From: an uncultured Rhodobacteraceae bacterium
GTDB taxonomy: Bacteria; Pseudomonadota; Alphaproteobacteria; Rhodobacterales; Rhodobacteraceae
Assembly: GCA_965659715.1 (NCBI GenBank)
Contig: CBFHXE010000006.1
Coordinates: 287-64,286 of the forward strand
Reading direction: 5' to 3'
Length of the DNA stretch: 64,000 nucleotides
Part shown: positions 1 to 8,862 of the stretch, in pieces
How the letters are laid out: the number at the start of each line of letters is the position of its first letter
How positions within the stretch are numbered: the stretch's first letter is position 1
Translations under genes and position numbers: made by a program
Notes under the pieces: model-generated
Database searches by the model: none
What the model saw: only the letters and a program-made list of their open reading frames with translations
Told to the model about the DNA's origin: nothing

Positions 1-229
1 CGCAGCAATATATCGGAAGCCGCACTCCGTTTATGGTAATTGCGTTTGGATCATGGGAAAATTCGCCGGACCAGCGACCATGCACACTGTCAAATTCCAT
101 CAAATGGGCATGCATCTGCGGGTCGCCGACCACATCGTTTAAAAAGGCAATTTCTGAACCGGAGGCGAGCAATGGCTGCAACGCTAATTTTCCAATGCGG
201 CCTAAACCGTTCACTGCATAAGTTGTCAT
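1..229 (-). CDS. Glyceraldehyde-3-phosphate dehydrogenase, ArsJ-associated type (5' part only, runs off the window edge)
   Basis: Not in the ORF track. Manual translation from ATG at 229 gives MTTYAVNGLGRIGKLALQPLL...AHLMEFDSVHGRW, i.e. the GAPDH NGxGRIG and FDSxHG motifs. It lies directly downstream of arsR-arsC. Confidence 0.85.
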   Translation of the reverse strand, partial: MTTYAVNGLGRIGKLALQPLLASGSEIAFLNDVVGDPQMHAHLMEFDSVHGRWSGEFSHDPNAITINGVRLPIYCC

Positions 230-257
230 TGTATTATACCTATTTTCTTGGTGTCAG

Positions 258-1064
258 TCATAATCGTGCGATGGTATCCACAGCCCTTTGCCGTGAGGCG
301 CGGTCAAGGGTTTTAAACGGTAGGGCAACAAATCTATGAACGCGTTGATAAATGGTCTCAAAGGCTGCTTGAAACGCCACGCCCATCTCTGCATCAGAGC
401 CGCGCACCCCTGCCGGATCGGGCAGTCCCCAATGGCTTGATATCGGCGCGCCCTGCCACACGGAGCAATCTTCATTGGCCGCTTGGTCACACAGCGTGAA
501 AACAAAATCCATTTTCGGGGCCTCTTTGGCAAGAAGCTCTGCCGTTGATTTGCTCTGCAGGGGCCCGGTGTCATATCCTTTGGCCAAAAGCACCTCTATC
601 GCGTTTTTGTTTGGTTTTACCGCCGGATGCGTACCTGCCGAAAATGCAGCAAAGCTGTCGCCTGCAAGACGGTGCAAAATTGCTTCTGCAAACAGCGATC
701 GTGCCGAGTTTGCCGTACACAGAAACAAAACATTTTGCCGCGCCTGAGGCTGCGCCTCTGGGTTTGGCACGCATAGATCAGTGCGTCCTTTGCAACAATC
801 ATCGATTAAAAAAGCAAGCGCGCCCTGCATGGCGTCAATGCGCGCCTGATAGAGCAGGGATGTGCCTCGGCGCTCTTGCGCCAAAAGCCCTGCACGCAGC
901 AAAGCATTTAGGTAAACCGAAAGTGTGCTTGGTTTAACATCCAAAGCCGAAGCAATCTCGCCCGCTGCAAGCGCATCGGGATAGCGCCGCACCAGCAAGC
1001 GAAAAACCTCAATCCTTTGAGGATGACCAAGTGTCTGAAAAAACTCCGCAGGCTTTATTTCCAT
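258..1064 (-). CDS. ArsR-family repressor fused to a thioredoxin-type (LMW-PTP fold) arsenate reductase ArsC
   Basis: N-terminal ArsR HTH (LGHPQRIEVFRLL...AGEIASAL) ending in DDCCKG; C-terminal VLFLCTANSARS P-loop, TLCDQAANEDC and HWGLPDP. Confidence 0.9.
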   Translation of the reverse strand: MEIKPAEFFQTLGHPQRIEVFRLLVRRYPDALAAGEIASALDVKPSTLSVYLNALLRAGLLAQERRGTSLLYQARIDAMQGALAFLIDDCCKGRTDLCVPNPEAQPQARQNVLFLCTANSARSLFAEAILHRLAGDSFAAFSAGTHPAVKPNKNAIEVLLAKGYDTGPLQSKSTAELLAKEAPKMDFVFTLCDQAANEDCSVWQGAPISSHWGLPDPAGVRGSDAEMGVAFQAAFETIYQRVHRFVALPFKTLDRASRQRAVDTIARL

Positions 1065-1100
1065 ATTTCATGAAATAATAAAATATAAAACTGAATGCAA
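1064..1100 (-). promoter_or_regulatory. Probable leaderless ars promoter with overlapping ArsR operator
   Basis: Perfect palindrome TATTTCATGAAATA at 1064-1077 abuts the ATG. On the minus strand TTGCAT-N17-TATTTC places +1 at about the start codon. No SD sequence. Confidence 0.55.
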
Positions 1101-1139
1101 GTAGAGAATGATGATGAATTGACCAGTTCTGTTTTTATT

Positions 1140-1688
1140 TTAAGGAGAGAGCCACGCACCCTTCCAGCCGTCTGATGCTTGAAAAACAGCCCGCAAATGA
1201 GCCCCATCAAGGCAAAGGTAATCAATTGTGCGCACTAAGCAGTCTGCAACAACAAAATTTTCTTGCGAGGATGTAGTTTCATAAGCAAAAGGGCCCCGAA
1301 CAACTTGGCCAGTTGGCGGCGTTTTGCCGTAGGCAATCTGACTTGGACCCGGAACTTTGTTCCATTGCTCGGATGCATAGTCATCTTGGCGCAGGGCAAC
1401 CTGCACATCCAGCCGCAACTGCACATGGTGCGTTGGGTCCCAAACATGGATTTGCGCCTTTGGCATATGGCGTAAACTTGTTACTTTTTGCGAATCCACA
1501 TCAGTGTGAAATTCAAGCCGGCTTTGCGCCGGATCAGCGCGGCGCAAAACTACACTGCGGGCTTCGGGTTCGCCGTTGGGATTGATGGTGGCCAACACCA
1601 CCACACGCGCAGAGCTTTGTCCTTTAACGCCGGCCACAAGATAAGACCACGCGCGATTATAAAGCTCTGTAAGCTCGGGCGGGTTCAT
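1140..1688 (-). CDS. Pyridoxamine 5'-phosphate oxidase-family FMN-binding protein
   Basis: LATINPNGEPEARSVVLRR, FHTD..SQK, C-terminal W..AWLSP; start trimmed to the ATG at 1688. Confidence 0.8.
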   Translation of the reverse strand: MNPPELTELYNRAWSYLVAGVKGQSSARVVVLATINPNGEPEARSVVLRRADPAQSRLEFHTDVDSQKVTSLRHMPKAQIHVWDPTHHVQLRLDVQVALRQDDYASEQWNKVPGPSQIAYGKTPPTGQVVRGPFAYETTSSQENFVVADCLVRTIDYLCLDGAHLRAVFQASDGWKGAWLSP

Positions 1689-1963
1689 GCAATATTTCTC
1701 CCACAACAAGGGACTACATATCTTTAGAAAAAAGAAAGGCAGTCGTTGATTTATTGGACCTCATACCAGTTTGAGCGTCTCTTATCCGATAGACATAGAC
1801 CCGATACAACATATGGCCACTGTAGCGCCGCTTTTGCCAAACATTCTGGACACCGAAGCGGCCATTAAAAACTGGCAGCAAAACACGCTACCTGCTCTTG
1901 CGCTTGCTTAGGTGTTAAAGTATGGATGCGGCTCAAAGCAAAATCCACTTAGTTTTGTTCTCA

Positions 1964-2037
1964 GGCGAGTTGGCGGAGTGGTGACGCAGCGGATTGCAAA
2001 TCCGTGTACACCGGTTCGATTCCGGTACTCGCCTCCA
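1964..2037 (+). tRNA. tRNA-Cys (GCA)
   Basis: GGCGAGT/ACTCGCC acceptor stem, anticodon arm GCGGA-TTGCAAA-TCCGT, GGTTCGATTCC T-loop, encoded CCA; 74 nt. Confidence 0.97.
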
Positions 2038-2132
2038 ATCCTTGAAAACCTGACCTCAGCTTGCTATTGCCTCGGCTCAATTTTTGAGTAATTTAAATTT
2101 GCATAAAAATGAGTAAGAGGATTTAACCAAAG

Positions 2133-2657
2133 ATGGACGGCATCAAGGAAAAAACTTCAGTCACCAGCTACAGCTCTTTTGCAAAGTTATTGCATTGGGG
2201 TTTTGTTGTTTTATTCGTCTATGGAGTCATCAAACAAGTAGACTCCATCACTCAATTAGAAGACAACGCTTTGTTGAGATTTGAAGTTCTATTTGCGCTG
2301 GCTTTTTTGCTATTGCTGGCAGTGCGGTTCATCTATGTTAAAAAAACACAAAGGTCGTCCCTGCCAGAAGAAACACCCAAAATGCAAAAATTAGCCGCAA
2401 AATTGGTGCATTACGGCATGTATGCCTGCCTAGCAGGAATTGCAGGATCAGGTTTGCTGATCGGCTTTTTGTACGGACAAGGTTTCCAAAGCGGAATTTT
2501 GATCGAAAGTGTCATTGGGGTGCATGAGTTTTCAGTCTCTTTAATCTATTGGCTCATTGGGGTGCATATTATTGCTGCCATCTATCACCGTTTTTTGAAA
2601 GATGGTGTTTGGAACTCGATGGTTCCGGTTTTCAAAGAGCAAAACAAAGAAAGCTAA
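2133..2657 (+). CDS. Cytochrome b561 / cytochrome b/b6-domain membrane protein
   Basis: YS..AKLLHW, KLVHYGMY, VHE..., GVHIIAAIYH heme-ligand His pattern; 4 predicted TM helices. Confidence 0.8.
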   Translation: MDGIKEKTSVTSYSSFAKLLHWGFVVLFVYGVIKQVDSITQLEDNALLRFEVLFALAFLLLLAVRFIYVKKTQRSSLPEETPKMQKLAAKLVHYGMYACLAGIAGSGLLIGFLYGQGFQSGILIESVIGVHEFSVSLIYWLIGVHIIAAIYHRFLKDGVWNSMVPVFKEQNKES

Positions 2658-2953
2658 GCTGAGAAGTTTCTTAAAACGCCTTTATCCTGATGAAGTGACA
2701 TCTGATACAGCGCGCGGATAGGATCGCGCATCTCTAGATGTGAACCGTTTAAAAAGCCTCCTAGGTGGCCTGGCACTGATATGCGGCTCAAGCGCTATTA
2801 AATTTTGTGTCGCGTATCGCCAAAAGAATTAGGTTGAATTTAGCCAGCGGCCGACATCATGAAGAAAGCGATACCTGCGACGACTATTCTAGTTGACCTG
2901 AGGGGTGATATTTTGCCTAGTTGGTAAAATTTTTCGGCTCAGGAGTGCTTGGC

Positions 2954-5023
2954 GTGGCTGATAGTACCTATTCAATTCTTTTTGAACCCATGAAAATTGG
3001 GCCCGTAACCGCGCGTAACCGGTTTTTCCAAGTGCCGCATTGCAACGGGATGGGGCATCTAAGGCCGCAAGCCGATGCAGCAACCCGCGCGATCAAGGCC
3101 GAGGGCGGATGGGCAGTGGTGTGCAATCAGGAAACTGAAATTCATCCCAGTTCCGACCTTACGCCCTTTCCCGAAGGCAGGCTATGGGATGAACGTGATA
3201 TCCCTGCCCTGCAGTTGATGACCGAAGCGGTGCATAAACATGGCGCTTTGGCTGCAATTGAACTTGCCCATAACGGCAACCATGCCGGTAATCTGTCCAC
3301 CCGCTCAACCAGTTTTGCGCCCACAGACATGGCGATTGACCTCTTGGTACCCAAACAGGCCCGTGCGATGGATAAATCCGATATTCGCAATCTACGCCAA
3401 TGGCACCGCGCCGCGGCGCTGAGGGCCAAAGAAGCCGGATTCGACATCATCTATGTCTATGCCGGGCATCACATGGCCTTGGCTCAACATTTCTTGTTAC
3501 CCCAAATCAACGACAGAATGGATGAATATGGCGGCTCGCTTGATAATCGCGCCCGATTGATCCGAGAGTTGATCGAAGACACGAAAGAGGCAGTTGGGGA
3601 CAGCTGCGCAGTGGCATTTCGTTTTGCTGTGGATGAAATGGAAGGCGTAGATGGCATGCAGGCGACCGAAGAGGGCCGCGCCGTTGTTGAAATGCTGGCA
3701 GAGCTTCCCGATTTATGGGACGTCAATGTATCGGATTGGTCAAATGATTCTGCGACCAGCCGGTTCACGCCTAACGAAGGATACCAAACTCCCTACATTG
3801 ATTTTGTGCGCCAAGTCACTTCTAAGCCCGTTGTTGCAGTGGGCCGGTTTACCTCACCTGATCTAATGGTCTCGATGGTGAAAAATGGGATCGTTGATTT
3901 TATCGGTTCTGCACGTCCCTCGATTGCAGATCCGTTTTTACCAGAAAAAATCCGAACCGGGCGCATAGATGAAATTCGCGAGTGTATCGGCTGCAATATT
4001 TGTGTGGCCAGTGATAATATGGCAATGCCAATTCGGTGCACGCAAAACCCTACCATGGGCGAAGAATGGCGCCGCGGATGGCATCCAGAAAAAATAGCGC
4101 CCAAGGGTGAAGAGCAAGAAGCATTGGTTGTGGGGGCCGGTCCATCAGGGCTAGAGTGCGCCATGCAACTGGCTAAACGTGGGTATGAAATTACTCTAGC
4201 CGAGGCATCAGATGAACCCGGTGGGCGAGTGCGAATGGAATCGCAACTATTGGGTTTGGGCGCGTGGAAACGCGTGGTCGATCATCGTCTTTATGATTTA
4301 AACCAGCGCGCAAATGTTCAGCTGTTCCTTCAAAGCCGTCTGACTTTACCGGATGTTTTAGAATTGGGTATCGACAACGTCTTTATCGCAACCGGAGCCA
4401 AATGGAGACGCGATGGCGTTGGCCGCAGCGCGCGGCAACCTATCCCTATTTCTAACGAAATGCGGATACTGACGCCAGATGATATCATGGCTGGTAACAA
4501 GCCTGCCAAGGGGCCTGTACTGATCTATGATGATGATCAAATATATCTGGCAGGCGTTCTGGCGGATCACCTTAGCGACGCTGGTCATGATGTTGTCTTT
4601 GCAACTCCGGCAACAATGGTATCGCCTTGGACTGAGCATACATTGGAGCAGGCGAGGATACAAAAAACGTTAATAGAGCGTGGTATTGCGTTGCGCCTTG
4701 GTCAAAAGCTGACCCAAGTTTGGGCAGACAGCGTTGAGCTATCCTGCAGCTACACGGGCCAAACTCAGCAGCAATCCTGCGCTACGGTTATTATGGTCAC
4801 CGAGCGCCACCGCCAAAGCGGCCTTTACGACAGCTTAACCAGCCACCGCGCTGCTCATCCAGACAGCCTGCGAAATTTAGCCCTCATCGGGGACGCTGCA
4901 GCCCCTGGACTGATCGCAGATGCCGTTTATAGCGGCCATATGGCTGCTCGTGATTTTGAAAAAGACACCAAACTTATAGAGCAAGACCTTTTTCGACGCG
5001 AAGTCATTTCATTGAACAACTAG
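2954..5023 (+). CDS. Trimethylamine/histamine dehydrogenase-family iron-sulfur flavoprotein
   Basis: RNRFFQVPHC (Cys for covalent FMN), KAEGGW, DEYGGSLDNRARL, 4Fe-4S motif CIGCNIC-x11-C, GAGPSG dinucleotide fold; GTG start 8 nt after AGGAG. Confidence 0.88.
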   Translation: MADSTYSILFEPMKIGPVTARNRFFQVPHCNGMGHLRPQADAATRAIKAEGGWAVVCNQETEIHPSSDLTPFPEGRLWDERDIPALQLMTEAVHKHGALAAIELAHNGNHAGNLSTRSTSFAPTDMAIDLLVPKQARAMDKSDIRNLRQWHRAAALRAKEAGFDIIYVYAGHHMALAQHFLLPQINDRMDEYGGSLDNRARLIRELIEDTKEAVGDSCAVAFRFAVDEMEGVDGMQATEEGRAVVEMLAELPDLWDVNVSDWSNDSATSRFTPNEGYQTPYIDFVRQVTSKPVVAVGRFTSPDLMVSMVKNGIVDFIGSARPSIADPFLPEKIRTGRIDEIRECIGCNICVASDNMAMPIRCTQNPTMGEEWRRGWHPEKIAPKGEEQEALVVGAGPSGLECAMQLAKRGYEITLAEASDEPGGRVRMESQLLGLGAWKRVVDHRLYDLNQRANVQLFLQSRLTLPDVLELGIDNVFIATGAKWRRDGVGRSARQPIPISNEMRILTPDDIMAGNKPAKGPVLIYDDDQIYLAGVLADHLSDAGHDVVFATPATMVSPWTEHTLEQARIQKTLIERGIALRLGQKLTQVWADSVELSCSYTGQTQQQSCATVIMVTERHRQSGLYDSLTSHRAAHPDSLRNLALIGDAAAPGLIADAVYSGHMAARDFEKDTKLIEQDLFRREVISLNN

Positions 5024-5085
5024 CAAAAAGACATTGGGGTATGAATGTACGGCTTTTCTAGGATGAGCGTCAAAAATAAATGTAC

Positions 5086-6222
5086 TTACTCGGCTGGCGT
5101 GGCGCGCTGAGAGATATCTGTTCTCTGATCCGGTGAAAGGAATAATCCATAAATCGGTAATGTCATGCGCCCGATAGTACGTCTTAGTTGGCGTCGGCGG
5201 ATAACCAAAATTGCAAGTGAATAGGCAAGCCAAAATGCGCCTACAGACACCATAACAACCAAAAAACTTGCCAAAGGTCGATCAACAAAGATGATGCCAC
5301 CCATCACCGGGAATGCCGCGAGGGGAAGAATGGTGACTGTTGCCAAAGGGTTTGCAACTTTTCTGCTCAGTTTACCGCCAGATACGATTTGCCAAAATCG
5401 CATGATCAGTTGATGGAAATGCAATCTGTCTGGTTGATCAGCGCGCCCATTGGAAAAGCGGCGGCGACCAATGGCAAAAACTGTATCCATTACCGGCCAG
5501 AAAATAACCGAAAGCATTGCCCATGCTGAAATCTCAGGCTGCCGATGCATCAAGAAAATAATCATCCATCCCAAGATGAAACCAAGACTATAAGCGCCCG
5601 CGTCACCCATAAAAATTCGACCAAACGGAAAATTGAGTATAAATAGGCCAACAGTTGCAAACACAACCAACCAAGCCAAATGAGCAATCAATGGCTCATT
5701 AAACTTTGCCGCAATAAGAGCAAGCGCTCCAGCTGATAGAATAACCTTACCAGAAGCAAGCCCATTAACGCCATCAATTAGATTAATGGCATGGACCAGA
5801 CCGGTCACAGCAAATACTGTGAACAAAACGCCCAAAGGCCCCCACATGAAAATTAAATCTATCCCGGGTATGTCTAACCGATCAATCCAAATCCCAAATA
5901 CAAAAATCCCAAGCAGTGTGGCAAGTGCCGCAATAACAAGCCGCATGCGCGGCGCTGTTGACCGACCAAAATCTTCCAACAATCCGAAAATAAAAACCGG
6001 AACCGTGCACGCCAGTAATTCAAAATCAATTTTTTCACCGGATATCAAAATTGAAATAAAAATAGCTAATAATACGGCGCTCCCACCAAATCGCGGGGTC
6101 GGCAGTTGATGAGAGGATTGCGGGGCCAGCAGATGTCTGTCCACGCCATTAAACAGCGCCTGATAGGCCCAAATAAACAATAAGCCCAAAATAACAGACA
6201 GAATTGTTGCAAGAACATACAT
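5086..6222 (-). CDS. Glycosyltransferase family 4 (WecA/MraY-like polyprenyl-phosphate HexNAc-1-phosphate transferase)
   Basis: H..PTPRFGG, GLLED, AINLIDGVNGL, IFMGDAGAY, DRLHFHQ motifs; multiple TM helices. Confidence 0.9.
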   Translation of the reverse strand: MYVLATILSVILGLLFIWAYQALFNGVDRHLLAPQSSHQLPTPRFGGSAVLLAIFISILISGEKIDFELLACTVPVFIFGLLEDFGRSTAPRMRLVIAALATLLGIFVFGIWIDRLDIPGIDLIFMWGPLGVLFTVFAVTGLVHAINLIDGVNGLASGKVILSAGALALIAAKFNEPLIAHLAWLVVFATVGLFILNFPFGRIFMGDAGAYSLGFILGWMIIFLMHRQPEISAWAMLSVIFWPVMDTVFAIGRRRFSNGRADQPDRLHFHQLIMRFWQIVSGGKLSRKVANPLATVTILPLAAFPVMGGIIFVDRPLASFLVVMVSVGAFWLAYSLAILVIRRRQLRRTIGRMTLPIYGLFLSPDQRTDISQRATPAE

Positions 6223-6609
6223 TCCATACTCATCTTTAATCGATTTTTTAATTGTAATCTATTTATAAATGGGCACAAGAGATGGATACCTTTCCCCCAC
6301 ACTTAACTTTTGGCTTTTTTAAAAAGCGTCCACCCAAATTGCTCCCTGAGTAGGACGATAGCCCAATCAACCCAGACTTGCAATCAATTTGCAGTCTAAG
6401 ATACGTTAATGACTGAATACCGTGCGGTTTTAAAATTAAGATTGAAAGCCTGAATCTCTCTGACTTCTCTGTTTATAAATCTGCAACAATCCAATATGCG
6501 ATGCTAATTATCAACTAAACCGGAAATTTGCAGATGACCTCCAATTCCCCAAACGAATACAGAAAATTCTTTGCAATACCCACAACCCATGGATATTAAT
6601 CGCAAAAAT

Positions 6610-6645
6610 ACTCTACATATTGGTGAGACAAACTAGATATTGTCA
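6610..6645. promoter_or_regulatory. Tandem NrdR-box-like motifs upstream of the small membrane protein pair
   Basis: ACTCTACATATTGGTG and AAACTAGATATTGTCA; cores CTACATATTG (6613-6622) and CTAGATATTG (6633-6642) are 20 bp apart. Confidence 0.35.
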
Positions 6646-6782
6646 TTAATTTGTCGCAGTTGCCCAATTATTTTGCACTTTTTGCCAGAATTGTGATGAC
6701 TCGGCGGAATTTCGCCTATAGAAGGACGGTGAGACAAGATGTCTCGATAATAAAGAACTAAACAGAACAATCGGAGGGAACT

Positions 6783-7001
6783 ATGATTGATAAGATTAAA
6801 GCCGCAGTGGCTGCGCTAACGGATGTTGGCCTTGCACTTCTAGCCTTTGCAATTGTCGCGTCTTTGCTTGTTGGTGGAAACAACATGGCATTCTTGGGCG
6901 ATGTTGTTGGCAACATTACTGCACTTGTACAACAACTGGGGAACGCTGGCCTAGCCGGTTTGATTTCTCTGGGTGTGGTCCTGTGGCTGTTTAACAGGTA
7001 A
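6783..7001 (+). CDS. Small hydrophobic helical-hairpin membrane protein, unknown function (paralog A)
   Basis: Strong SD GGAGGG before the ATG; 72 aa with two hydrophobic segments; aligns without gaps to the next ORF. Confidence 0.85.
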   Translation: MIDKIKAAVAALTDVGLALLAFAIVASLLVGGNNMAFLGDVVGNITALVQQLGNAGLAGLISLGVVLWLFNR

Positions 7002-7034
7002 AAGCACTTCTCCCCCAAGAAAATGGAATAAAAT

Positions 7035-7277
7035 ATGTCCTCTCTCACAAGCGCTCTATCCAAGGCAACTGAAATGCTGTGGAAGGTGACCGAGATCGGA
7101 TTTGTGGCCAATTTGGTCATTATTTTAGTCTACATTCTCTTGGGGGAAACCAGTGGCAATTTTGTAATTTCAGTTGTTGCCAACATCATTCTTTTGGTTG
7201 ATGCCCTTACATATCAAGGTGTTGTAACCATTGTTCTGGCGGCATTTCTTTATCGCTATTTTACACAAAAGCTATAG
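7035..7277 (+). CDS. Small hydrophobic helical-hairpin membrane protein, unknown function (paralog B)
   Basis: 80 aa, starts 33 bp after paralog A; same hydropathy pattern and shared T[DE]xG, LxG, F, VVxNI, LV..L, G residues. Confidence 0.75.
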   Translation: MSSLTSALSKATEMLWKVTEIGFVANLVIILVYILLGETSGNFVISVVANIILLVDALTYQGVVTIVLAAFLYRYFTQKL

Positions 7278-7329
7278 CTCAGAGCGAACTGAACACCAAA
7301 CAAACAGCATGAAAATCCCAATGAACCGT

Positions 7330-8667
7330 TTAACTGGACGCGTAAATACCAGCGATACGGGTAAGCGCCTGTTCTATTGGTAATTCTTCACTGTGGCCGG
7401 TCCGGCGAGATGTCACTTCAACCACCCCGTTTTTCAATCCCCTCGGTCCGACTGTGATGCGCCAGGGAAGACCGATAAGGTCCACCGTTGCAAATTTGCC
7501 CCCTGCCCGCTCTTTACGGTCGTCATACAACGGCTCTAACCCAAGCGCAGTAAGCCCCGAATAAAGCGCCTCACAGGCTGCGTCGGTCTCTTCGTCGCCC
7601 TGTTTTAGATTTACGATACCACAGTGAAAAGGGGTGACGCCTTCGGGCCAGATAATGCCTTTCTCGTCATGGCTGGCTTCGATAATTGCGCCAACAAGCC
7701 GAGAAACGCCGATCCCGTGGCTGCCCATGTGCACAGGGATCTTATTGCCCTGATCATCGGTGACCAAAGCCCCGAGCTTATCCGAATATAGCGTTCCAAA
7801 GTAAAAAATCTGTCCCACCTCAATACCTCGGGCAGACCGCTGGCGGTCGGCGGGCAAGGCCTCAAATGCAGCGCTTTCATGGGTTTCACCGGTTCGGGCA
7901 TAAAGCGCGGTAAACTCTTCCATCACCGACTGGCACTGCGCCACATCATCATAGTCGATATCGCGCGCGCCGAGCCGGATGTCGGTTACCTTGCTGTCAT
8001 AGAACACTTCGCTTTCGCCAGTGTCGGCCAGAACTAGAAACTCATGCGTATAATCACCGCCGATCGGGCCGCTATCAGCGCGCATCGGGATTGCCTGCAA
8101 CCCCATACGCTCATAGGTGCGCAGATAGCTGACCAGATGCCGGTTATAGGCATGTAAAGCATCTTCTTTGCTCAAATCAAAATTATAGCCATCTTTCATG
8201 TAAAATTCGCGGCCCCGCATCACTCCAAAGCGTGGTCGGATTTCATCGCGAAACTTCCACTGCACCTGATAAAGTGTCAAAGGCAAATCTTTATAACTAT
8301 TCACATGGGCGCGAAATACATCTGTGAACATTTCTTCTGCTGTGGGAGAAAACAGCATATCGCGACCCTGACGGTCCTTCATCCGCAGCATTTCTTCGCC
8401 ATAGCCATCAAACCGTCCGCTTTCACGCCATAAATCAGCAGACTGCAATGTCGGCATCAACATTGGGATATGGCCAGCACGGATTTGTTCTTGGTGCACA
8501 ACATCCTCGATCTTGCGCATCACTTTAAAGCCCAGCGGAAGCCATGAATAAATCCCCGCACTGGCTTGTTTGATCATCCCTGCACGCAGCATAAGCCGGT
8601 GGCTGACAATCTGGGCTTCGCTCGGGTTTTCCTTTAAAACTGGCAGAAAATAGCGTGACAAGCGCAT
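7330..8667 (-). CDS. proS: Proline--tRNA ligase
   Basis: [53 protein letters not shown]. Confidence 0.97.
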   Translation of the reverse strand: MRLSRYFLPVLKENPSEAQIVSHRLMLRAGMIKQASAGIYSWLPLGFKVMRKIEDVVHQEQIRAGHIPMLMPTLQSADLWRESGRFDGYGEEMLRMKDRQGRDMLFSPTAEEMFTDVFRAHVNSYKDLPLTLYQVQWKFRDEIRPRFGVMRGREFYMKDGYNFDLSKEDALHAYNRHLVSYLRTYERMGLQAIPMRADSGPIGGDYTHEFLVLADTGESEVFYDSKVTDIRLGARDIDYDDVAQCQSVMEEFTALYARTGETHESAAFEALPADRQRSARGIEVGQIFYFGTLYSDKLGALVTDDQGNKIPVHMGSHGIGVSRLVGAIIEASHDEKGIIWPEGVTPFHCGIVNLKQGDEETDAACEALYSGLTALGLEPLYDDRKERAGGKFATVDLIGLPWRITVGPRGLKNGVVEVTSRRTGHSEELPIEQALTRIAGIYASS

Positions 8668-8862
8668 GATGGCTCCTTTGCCTTGGCGTTTAGTTTCCTT
8701 TACGGAGAAATGGCCAAACTGACAAGGCAACCCTGCAGGAAACTTGCTGCAATATGATATTTCGGTCTGATCACCTTCAAAATTCTAACTTTCTCGGGCT
8801 CAGCTTGCATCTGGGCCACGTTTACGACAAATATGCCACCAGGGGTTCTTTGCGGAGTTATC

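Noticed and set aside
1730-1920. Spacer with CTCATACCAGTTTGAG (IS/MITE-end-like) and a 32-codon ORF
   Set aside because: No partner inverted repeat, transposase or target duplication found
6236-6251. CtrA-like TTAA...TTAA site upstream of the WecA-like gene
   Set aside because: Spacing is 8 rather than 7, in a very AT-rich background
2038-7330. Possible attR duplication of the tRNA-Cys 3' end or a prophage
   Set aside because: No repeat of TACTCGCCTCCA seen; no integrase or phage genes
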